Assembly (NCBI GenBank): GCA_051362555.1
Contig: CM120640.1
Location: forward strand, 46,540,788 to 46,604,787
From: Lingula anatina
Taxonomy: Eukaryota; Animalia; Brachiopoda
Length of the DNA: 64,000 nt
Direction of reading: 5' to 3'
The notes under the pieces are model-generated. The model saw only the letters and a list, made by a program, of their open reading frames with translations. It was not told the DNA's origin and ran no database searches. Position 1 is the stretch's first letter. Every line of letters starts with the position of its first letter. Below are positions 37,601 through 48,200 of the stretch, in pieces. Both the position numbers and the translations under genes were made by a program.

Positions 37601-39313
37601 GCGTCTAGAAGTAGGTGGTGGTCTCGTTGTCGTTGTAGTTGTGGTTGAAATTGTAGTTGTTGTTGGTCTGGTCACCAACACTGCTGGTCTACAGTTAACA
37701 TTCCTTGCCCAGTCACAAGAACGACGACGTGGGTTGAACAACAATCCAAACTGACAAGGTACCCTTGTAGCCCGACCACCAGAACACGTATAAAAGTAAG
37801 AACAATCAAAAGGATCTGCATAGGATCCTGGTCCTTTGCCCTCGCATGTAAACGGATACGCTGAAAAGGATAACAATGAGTCTGAAGCACAGTGTTATTC
37901 GCTGTGCGAATTCCTTGAAAATTTTACTCGGGTTATTTTCTAAATGTTAACATAAATCCCGTATTAAACTCACATCTTCACCACCATAAACTGCAAAATT
38001 GTTATACTTAAAATACCAAGATAGATCTGAAAATAAAACCCCCAAAGAAGCCTTCCATGTTAAGAATATAAAACTATATATTCTTTTTATTACAAATGTG
38101 TCATGGAATTAATAAAATTTTATAAAGTAATTACCCTGTACATGTAGGTGGTGTACTTGTCATTGTGGTAATACCTGGTGTTGTAGCTCTCTGACCTATA
38201 GTGTAGCTGTTGTTGTCGTTGTACATTGCAAGTAGTGTTTGAGAAGTTGGGGAAGTTGTTGGTAGCTGTTTGCAGCGGGTGCCCCGCCACAATGACGGAT
38301 CTGATTCGGACCCTTTGAGGCAATCTTACATTTGGATTGCACAAGATGTCGCCACCATTATACACATAAAAGTGTGCAATAGGAAGGGTCAGCGAATCAT
38401 CCGTAAGCTTTTCCGTTCCACATGTTGACGTATGTGTTGGCAGTCATTTCGATTTATTATAACTAACCGTTTAAAATATAAATTACTGACATCCTAAAAC
38501 AAACGCAAAAAAAAACATGAATAGATTCCCAAATGAAATACACAATGTATATAAAATTCAAACTGATTTTAAAGACAACATTACCTGTAGGGGGCGGTTC
38601 TGTAGTCGTGGTGGTCGTCGGTCTGGTGGTTGTAGTTGTCCGTCTTGTTGTGGTGGTTGTCGGCCTGGTGGTTGTGGTTCTAGGTCTGGTGGTTGTGGTT
38701 CTCGGTCTGGGCGTGGTAGCGGCTGGTTGAAAGATGATTATTTGCGGTGCTCTGGTGGTTGGAGGCGGTGGTGGTGGTGGTCTTGTGGTTCTAGGAGCAG
38801 TGGCTGGTTGAAGGATAACTACGACCGGTGCCCTGGTTGAAGGCGGTGGAGGTGGTGGTCTGACGGTGGTAGTTGTGGTGGTAGTTGTAAGTAAGGATGC
38901 AGGATTACACGTAAATCCATCTGAAGAACCACAAATGCCTTGATCTGCGTGGAAAACTAAATCACGCTCGCAAGATATAAGTTGCTGGAAACCAGTGTCA
39001 CAGATATAGAAGCTGTTGCAACTGAATGGGTCTGCATAGATTCCAGGCCCTCTGCCGTTACATGTGAATGGAGGTTCTGGAAAGAAGACATAATCGTAAT
39101 GATGTGTGAGGAAATAAAGGAATTTGGAAATATCGAGCTCATTTATTTTCAACATTCAACAGTTTAGACAGAATATACAGCAATTAATAAGCTGATACCT
39201 GTTCGCACAGCTCCAGAATCAGCTCCCGCAGAAAGAGCACCTGCAATACAACGGAGAAAAATAAGCAAGATATTCGCCGTCTCAACGCAAAACAGTCTAG
39301 TATAACCAGCCAT
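22607..39313 (-). CDS. Multi-CBM14 mucin/peritrophin-like exon array with 17 intact CBM14 domains; either the 3' half of chitinase C or an independent secreted peritrophin of ~2061 aa
   Basis: Phase 1-1 exons: 39240-39199 (or 39313-39199 with ATG), 39076-38585, 37860-37456, 36984-36640, 36394-35960, 35729-35274, 34759-34304, 33749-33333, 32775-32518, 30836-30573, 30177-30112 (Thr micro-exon), 29263-28961, 28459-28400 (Thr micro-exon), 28172-27825, 27289-26954, 26823-26488, 26154-25831, 25715-25407, 25166-24960, 23077-22997 (micro-exon). Terminal exon 22779-22607 (...ACDWPRNVNC-TGA). Each domain follows the pattern FxC...ADPxDC..FYxC...C...FN/YN...CD...C. Confidence 0.88.
24357..24695. mobile_element. 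Kolobok-like non-autonomous DNA transposon (copy 1)
   Basis: TIRs AGGGATAATAACTCTTCG / CGAAGAGTTATTATCTCT (17/18), flanked by TTCA and TTAA, i.e. a TTAA-type target with AG-starting termini. Confidence 0.65.
31249..31355. mobile_element. ~107-bp MITE with CCC...GGG termini (animal CACTA/EnSpm-like)
   Basis: Left CCCAGCTAACACTGAACGTT versus reverse complement of the right end CCCAGCAAACACAGAACGTT (18/20). Flanked by AA on both sides, with internal AACGTT palindromes. Confidence 0.7.
38135..38440 (-). pseudogene. Decayed CBM14/mucin pseudo-exon inside the array
   Basis: The minus strand reads NGKAYG*FADPSYC / FYVYNGG / DILCNPNVR / ...Thr-rich...PPT. It has an in-frame TGA, frameshifts, lost cysteines and no intact acceptor or donor at the homologous positions. 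Confidence 0.75.
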
Positions 39314-40624
39314 CTTCAAACAAAACCTTCTCCACAATGCTACAATGCTACTTACTGTACTACTACTAAAAAGTAACGTGTTACCAAATCTACAAATCAT
39401 TACTATTACATTTGAAAATAAAACAAAAGAATATTGTTTGCGTGTAATTTTACGAAACGCTTCACAATGGCTCCAGTGTTAAAATAGCTGAACACAGCAT
39501 CACATGCAAAGGAAGATTAGTTTACTAGTTGCATCCTACTCATCAGCCTAAATAAAACCCACTGTTAGTAAATATGGTAGGGCATGCATTTGAAGGTAAA
39601 GGTGAAGGTATAATTATAATATCAGGAAAACAATAATAAATAATATTGCAACTTCGCGGGAAATATAACGGAAAAGGCGGACACCGGCGGACAATTCTAT
39701 CACAAACGGTACATCAAGAACCCATGCAACAACGGTCAACGTAAATCGGTTAATTAACCGCACCGACCTCAAGGTTGGGATGAAGGCGACAAACGATGGT
39801 TGACACTATATCCATAACAATCTGACTTTGACATTTCACAATAGGAAAGTTATACAAATAACGCTTGACTTGGTCCAAGCCCTGTTGGTAAATGGGAACA
39901 ACTAAACATATGGACGCACGTACCAGCACGTTGTACATGCAATTTTGTCTTTGGTTATGGTTGTAGAGATATGGATACCATAGAACTACAGAAACATAAG
40001 CTGTGGTTGGGTCGCAGGTGGATAATACATCATCAGTCAAATTGAATACCGTTAGAAAAGAGGTGCAAGGCACATGGGAATGCAAAATACAAAAACACAA
40101 TAGAAAAATTCTTACCTGATATGGCCTCAAACTAGGTAAATGAGTTTTTCCACGAAAAAACCTTGTGTATTTCGTTCCCTGTTATATTGCATGCTTTTAA
40201 TTCATTATATCTTAACGATGCTTCATTCTCTCGAGACAAAAGACGTAGAAATTTTAACCAATCAGACGAGTGAGTAAAAAATTGTATCTTAAAAAAGTCG
40301 CCTTTGTGAGCTATTGCATAAACAATTTTGTTTTTCTACAATACTTTCTAAGTTACAAAATACATATAATATTTGAAATTCTATAGAGCCCGCCTCCACC
40401 TAATCATGCAATCTATAAAATCATCAGTTCAATCTATTATGCATGCAAACGGTAAGAAGAAATAAATCATTAAAATATGAATACGTTAAAGTAGAAGTCT
40501 TTGCTTATCACAAAGCATATAAATAGTCTTAATAGTATCTGTCAAGGCTTAGTTTATGCCAGTCATAAAGTGAATCAATTTAGTGCAGAAAGTTATTGCT
40601 ATTTCTATCAATGCTACTGCTGCT

Positions 40625-40630
40625 TTTATT
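40625..40630 (-). terminator. Candidate poly(A) signal for the short, CBM14-less chitinase C transcript
   Basis: AATAAA on the minus strand about 255 nt downstream of the TAG at 40886. Confidence 0.4.
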
Positions 40631-40885
40631 TATACAAAACAGATTGGTTCTAACAGCATTTTAATATTAACGTAAGGGAGCAGACACTTGATACAATCTT
40701 CCACAAACTATCTCTCTGTTATCCTTGAGGTAAAGGATAAGCAATCATGGTTGGACGGGATAACAGATGTAAATAAGGGGGCGGCAACTTGCTTCCGAAA
40801 GTAAGGACTTAAGTGGTCTTTTTCAAGACTGCTCGGTTGAAAACTCGACTGAAAGCTCTTTAAGATAATTTGAAAAAACGATGGG

Positions 40886-43800
40886 CTATGAATCGTTCTC
40901 GCTATCATTAGATTCGACAATATTTAAAATAATGGCAGTGTCATCAAAGACGGTTGTCGAAGTGGTTGTGAGTGTGTTCACCAATGTGGTTGTAGGGGTG
41001 GTTGCTGGAGTAGAAGTGGTAGTGGGCGTGGTCATGGCAGCTGATGAAGTTCCTACTGTTGTTGTGCTTGGTGTGGAAGTGGTAGTGGGGATTGGCATTA
41101 TTGTTGGTGGTGGTATTGTTGTTGTGGGTGTAATAACTGTCGCAGTCTCACTGATGGGTGCCGTAGGTGTTGTGGCCAAAGACGAACTGGGGGGGTCCCC
41201 TATGCCAGTGCTTGGGGCTTGTGGGAAAATTAGCAGAGTGCGGAATGTATTAACAGGGATGGGTGGACTTTCTGTTGATACTGTTGTGGCTGTGGGTATT
41301 TTACTTGTCGAAGAAGCAGAATTAAGACCTCTTGCGGAAGATACCGAATTTTCAGCAGCAGTAGTATTGCTTGATACTATAACAGCATTATTATCAACAG
41401 TGGATGGTATTACAACCACCACAACTGCTTCGTTGTTGTCTCCGACGGCTCCGGTACCTTGCCCACTATTGATAAGTAATACTCCTCCGGTCTGGCCAGC
41501 CCCCGAATCAACAGCGACAGGAGGAGGCGGCGCAGGCGTTGTGGTCGTCGTGGAGGTTGTGGTTGAAGGACAAACGGGGGGTGGTGGAAGAGGGCCGGCA
41601 GAGCTTGGGACCAAAAATACAGAGTTGATCTTGGTCAGAAGTGGGTACGGCCCATCCCCGCATAAGTTTGAGAAGTCGTCAAGGTCCAAGGCCCATATCA
41701 TCGCTCCTCCGAGTCCCTTTTCAATTATGTATTTCGCCTGAAAAAATCAGAACAATAGTTATAAAACGACTATTTAGGAGCGGCCGGGCATGAGCCTTTC
41801 GACAAGACATCGGTTGCCTCTATAGCTCAGTGGTTAGAGCACTGGTCTTGTAAACCAGGGGTTGTGAGTTTGATCCTCACTAGGGGCTCTCCTTTCTAAC
41901 ATTCTTTCCCTGGTCATCAAACTTTTGGAAATATGTTTAAGTGCAAGGCTTCGGCACGTCTAGAAGACACAGCAGGTGGTATTTTACTAAACACGATATC
42001 CATTAGAATCATTTGACAATGGGGGCCGCTAGTGCCTTAGCAACATAATGTTTAATTTAACTTTTGCTCCTATCTGTATCGGTTGTTTTGCATGGTAATC
42101 AGTTATCTGACATCAAGTAATGTACATAGTTGCCATAAACACACAAGCACTCAAAACTCGGTTACCTTACCTTTATTTCTATACTGGTGATATCGTCATA
42201 ACTGATCCATTGGTCCCCACTGTACATGTATGGAGCCTGAGATTGGTCGTGGAACACACGGGTCCATGAACCCGAGAGAAGTTTGTCGCAAATCTAAAGT
42301 ACACAAACAGGAGGTGTTCTTAATGGAATGTTTTTCTTTATTATAATAACATATTAATATATTTTAATCAATGTGCTATATCGCACACTTCCGTCATAAG
42401 CCAGGTGATTCGTTAAGTAACATCAAATAAAATAAAAATGTTTCAGTACCACAAGCCCCATATCATAACAGACCCAACATCCATTTGAGACTTGTCCGTT
42501 CTCAACTTTTCTTACGGTATTTTTACGGTGATTTTATCTGAAAACGTAGACTAGAGGCCAGAATTCATTCGTGCACGAATTCTCTCTTACAGTAGAAAAA
42601 TGTCGAGAATAAACCAGAGACATATCTGTGCATAACATGTGAAAAAAAATCAATCAGTGACCCTAGTAAAGCGCCAGTCCCATCCCAAGCTGCTTGGACC
42701 ATCTAGCGCTGACACAATGAAGATATGATGTCAACAATAATCCCTTACCTTACAATGGAACCTGCTTCTTCTTTCTTAAAACTTATAGAATTGATCAAGC
42801 ATTTGCTTCCTTGTAATTCATATAAATGTCTACGTACCTCATAGTATGCCATAAAACCTGCCTCTCCCGAGATAGGTCCTGCGTCACCTGCGCCAGAAGC
42901 AGGTGCTCCAGGTTCCACGTTGCTCGGGTCTCGCAGCGTGAAAGTCTCGCCAAACATGGCTATTCCAAGGTTTAACTTGTGCGCCGGTATGCCACCGTCC
43001 AGCCAATAGTTCACTGCCCAATCCTTCAGAATGAAAAAAAGTAATATTGATGCCTAACTATTTTTTCAATATAAACTGCAAACAAAATGATATAACAGAC
43101 TGCCGCCATTTCGTTTTCATTAGTAGATCTTAAAAACACAAGTATGTTCAAATTCATGCGAATAAGAGCCTGTAGAGGACAACGTGTATAAAGGTATGTA
43201 CAAAGTAACTTGTTAGGATATGTTTACCACTCTTCATATTTGCGATAAACTGAGCTACTTCTATACATACATAAATGGTTTTCATATGGATATTACATAC
43301 CACGTTGAAGTCTTTGTACCGCGTGTATTGTTCGTCACATCTCTGGTACAAGGGACTATTAAATCCCGTTATTCCGTTTCGTGCATTGTGGAAATCAAAG
43401 CTGAGAACTGTGACAAAATCGAGGATTCTGAAATACCAACAATAGCGTTTACAATAAACAACGAACCAGACAAAAAGTTACTTCTAAGGAAATAGTACAT
43501 CGAAATTTAAATGTCAAATTAAAAGAATTTAGATGAATATCTGATTGGAGACAAGATTGGTTCTTAATGTAATATTTTACCTATCAAATATAAAATAATG
43601 GAATTATTAACCAAAATGCATGCACAATCAAGTTAATGAGTTAAATGATGTGAATAATTTTTAAAAGTTTAGATTTCAGTCCACCGAGCCCCAAAGTAAT
43701 CGTTAGAAGTAGGGTAAAAAGGAAAAGGGGCCCGGCAAAAATACATTTCACTTGCCTTCCCATGTGACAAATCTCATAGCCGGGATCTATGTATCTCTTG

Positions 43801-45194
43801 TGCTGGGCGACTGAGGCAGAAAGTATCAGACCATCGCCAGAACTCCTGCGAGCTTCTCTATCAAAAGCTTCTTTGATCTCCTAAAATAAAAAAACGGAGC
43901 TGTTATTGTAAGTGTTTCTGAAATTGAAATATATACAAAATGGTGCTGAGGGCGTTAAAGAAACATAATGATTAAATAAGGAATATCAACGGCCCTTTAT
44001 GTTTAATGGTATAAAATATTTTAATCGGCTATTCAAAGCCTTGTTTTTGTTCCAATTAGATGAAAAGGCAGACCTTACCGATAACAGCATGGTATATCTG
44101 GGTCTATCCTGTGGGGAACTACCGGACCTTGAGGCCGGATATTCCCAATCCATATCTAAGCCATCAAATGAATAGTTTCTGAGGTACTGTACAGCATGTT
44201 CAATAAACCTTGCCCTGGTCAAGCAAAAAACACACAATCTTACTATCAATACTTAATAAACATCATATCACATGAATTTCTTGTCATTATTCTTGTTCAA
44301 CACAAACTTGATGGCTGCAGTATAAATTAAACTTGTATTTAACAAGTGACAAAAATTATAAAAAAGGCTCTTTTACTGATGAAAAGATTTAGAAAAACAC
44401 AAACCAGTTTTTTTATTGATTTCTCAAATGTGAAAAAGGGAAGTAGGGAAAAAATTGCCTCTATAGCTCAGTGGTTAGAGCACTGGTCTTGTAAACCAGG
44501 GGTCGTGAGTTCGATCCTCACTAGGGGCTCTAGTTGTATTTTTGAATGGTCATTGGATTCGTCTGCTCATTGAGCAAAGCTCAACTTAAAGATGCATACA
44601 AAGCCAATATTTTGCCACAAAAACAGACCAAATGCCAGCATATAGTTTCAAGTAGTATAACTAAGAGAATTACCAAAAGGCACCGTTTAATTTTTCCCGA
44701 AAGTGATGTTTGAACGGATTTTTCTGCTAGCATTCTATGCTGTATGTCAAGGGGCAGAAAAGTAGGTCACGAATGTAGGTAAAATTTCCGACCAAAACTT
44801 TAAGGAAAGGAGCAGTCTGAAGCTCTTTTATGGCTGATCAAGTGAACTATTCAATTTTATCGCTTGGCATGTCAAATTTATTTGAGTCGTATAAGAAACT
44901 AGTAGAAGTGGTTTGGATGTGTTACTGGGAATCCACACTCCACCGATGCTCGGTTCGTATGTACCTTTAACTTGCATTTTACTCAACTGGAGGATTAACT
45001 GTCCTATAAGCGGTAATTGAGGAAGACATTACTGAGGAACTGTGCGACGTGATAAATCAACTTTGTCCCGATCAATGACAACAAAACACAATCTTATTAT
45101 CAATACTTCAGAAGCATCAAATCTCATAAATTTCTTGACATTATTCTTTTAATAGACACCCGAATGATGGTTGCAGTAACAATGCCCAAGTGCA

Positions 45195-45226
<32 letters not shown>

Positions 45227-48200
45227 GGTACTTGGATATCTGTGCTGATGAAGATACCCAAAGAACAATCAAACTTTTTACACAGAAATTTTAGGGCGAT
45301 TTATTTTGATACATGGGCCTCTATAGCTCAGTGGTTAGAGCACTGGTCTTGTAAACCAGGGGTCGTGAGTTCAATCCTCACTGGAGGCTTATTTTCTTTT
45401 GTAAGAAAACATTTAATAGAATCAATGTCAAACACACTATCCTCCAACAAATAAGAAGTGACTTTTGATCGAAATCATTTATGCCTGACAACTACCAAAA
45501 TCAGCCTACTACATGGCTTTAAACAGTCAACCTTCAAATAAAATCTCAATAAAGTTGGCAAACCTTGCCATTGAGCCAACAGAATCACTGAAGCAAATTT
45601 ATTATAATCTAACTCACAATGTGAAGGATGGGTGTTATCAGTTTCATACGCAACCCACCTATTAGATCGCGTAGACACCATCCTACTGAAAGAGGCACTG
45701 CCCATTGTCCATCCACCAAGACCAAGGAGGACCTTAAACCGGACATTGGGGTGGTCTTGCTTTAACTGGACAGCAACTCTGTGGTATAGTCCTGAGGGTA
45801 TTAACAGATAATTAGACAGTGGGAGGTTTTGTATTTAAAAAACATGCCGCAGATATTATATTGAATTAAGAAACATATTATTATTATAACCTGTAGTTAA
45901 AGCTGCTCAAACAAAAATATGAATTATTTGAAAATGGCGCAGTTTTTTACCTAAAAAAATTAAATATTCTTTAAACAACATTCTTACAACATTCTACAGG
46001 TTTACCTTCAGTTTCTCTGAGATCCCCAAACTCATCGGTAGACATCAGTTGACCTCTGGTACTCAGGGAGGCAAAGGCAAAAATAATGTGCGTACATAAA
46101 GATGGATCAATATCCGTAGGGAGAAATCTCCCATTTCCGGACCTGTATTGACTCCAGTTAGTGAAATAGCAGACGACTCGACGTGGGTTTGGTGGAGACG
46201 CAGAAGCCAGAGGAGTGCACGGGCCGCTACTTGGGTATGACACGGGGGTGTCTCCGCTTGGTTCATTAAAGGTCCCAAAATCGTCGGCATTGGGTGCCGG
46301 ACCTGTAGCAGGTGCGGAACCCCCACCTACAGAGCCCCCTGAGGCTGCCGTAGCTGCAGGGCTTTCTGTTGTCGCCGGCGGCGGTACTGTTGGAAATGAG
46401 GGTTCAGTAGGCGATCTTCTTCCTTCTAAAACTTCGTTCAAGCGTCGGATAAGAGGATATTCTCCTTGGTTGCAGTAGTTACCAAAGTCATCCAAATCAT
46501 ATGCCCACACCACTGCTCCGCCTAATCGTTTATCACAAATGTATTGTGCCTACAGGAAAAAAAAAGTACCATGACAAAAATTTATAAATATTCTAAAATA
46601 GTTGTGTCATTCAAAACGGTCAGTAGAATGAAAAAACATTCGTATTTTGTGTTAGTTATACACATTTCTACAACCAACTGGTCGATCAAAGTCGAAGCAA
46701 TCAGCAACGAACACCCTTACCTTCTCTGGTTCATGGACAGAGTCAATTTAAATGGTAGCTGGAGACATTATGCTATGCAAAGAAGAGTTTCATCTGAACT
46801 ACATGTAAGTTATACACGTGTATCTTGTTACCTTGTAAGCAACACTGTTCATGTCATCATATCCAACCCACTGGCTTTCTCTTGTATTGTACGCAACAGG
46901 CACCTTAGCCACCGGACTCCAAGCTCTACGCCATCCACCGTTTGAAAGTTTATCACACAACTGAAAAACACGAGAGAACGCTTCATTAGTGGTTGAACAA
47001 AAGAGGAACAAATGACAATGTTAATAAGACATGCTTTTTTTAGCTTATGTAGGCAGCCAGAATAGGTAGATGCGTGCGACGTTGTAAATGGGTTTCTGCG
47101 TGTTTTTTTCTCCCTTTTGTGTAAAGTCATTGCACGAAAAGGCCATACACACCTCATAATAAGACAGCACCCCGGGTTGGTTGGTCATTTCACCTGCCTC
47201 GCCAGCTCCAACTGCAGGTGCCCCGAAGCTAATAGCATTGTTACTCAGGGTGTATGACACACCGTACGAGGCCACACCTACCAGCAGTTTTTCTGCTGGT
47301 GCGCCTTTCTCCATCCAGTAATTGACCACCCAGTCCTTAATAAGTCAAAGAAAAGAATAACTGACATGAACAAAATGTATAAACAATACAAATGATAAAT
47401 TTCTAACGAAGCACATCTTTTCCGATATAAGACAAAATATTACAATCTAAGTATCCTTTTCAGGCATTGACATTTTTTTCAATAGGACATAGAATTTTCC
47501 ATCACTTTAATTGTTTCATCTATAATTGTGAAAGTGAAATTTTGCACGCTTTTGTAAATTGAATATGAAAATGCATATCTTTCGTTTAATTGACGAAAAA
47601 GGTGTTGGTATAATACTTGAAAGAAAGAAAAAGAAATGGGAAATCTTGACAAATTTACACACTTCACAATGTAGGCCTATCTTTTGGGACAGCGTATTTA
47701 TGTATAGCGGTAAAAAAAATCAGGAGCAACTACTGACCGTGTTAAGCTCTGCTTCTCTGCCCTTTTCTTCACTCCTGTTATAAAGCTGGCTGTGATGGGC
47801 CACAGCGTTCTCACTTGAAGAGTGGAAGTCAAAGGTTGTCAGACTGATGAAGTCTAAATACCTAAAAGAAACACATATATAAGCATTTTACATCATGCTA
47901 AGCATAGAACTGTTTTGTGAGATTTAAATCGCAAAGAATAGGTCGCAGTTCAGTTTAATTAATTCTTGGTCATGCGTTTATATCCAAAACAAAACATCTA
48001 GTGACAGTGATCAAGATATTGTGCACTGGGACAGGGTTACACTACATGTTTTCCAAACATTTTTCATTTCACAGGCAGGCTTTCACTCCTGACCTCGTAA
48101 TATGTATAAACATACTTGTCCGTGTTTAGTACTACTGTTGTCTCTTTCTCTTTTATCACACATGACTGGGGCGACGTCACTTTCGTGCTTGACAAGAATA

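Noticed and set aside
39750-40130. 126-aa minus-strand ORF between chitinase C and the CBM14 array
   Set aside because: It has no recognisable motif, no ATG start and no phase-compatible splice sites, so it cannot be supported as coding.
41816-45389. tRNA copies as heads of tRNA-derived SINEs
   Set aside because: The similarity stops at the discriminator base. There is no shared body or tail downstream, and two copies have intact cloverleafs with Pol III terminators.
44346-45454. ORFs sharing [22 protein letters not shown]
   Set aside because: The shared peptide is simply the translation of the tRNA-Thr genes.
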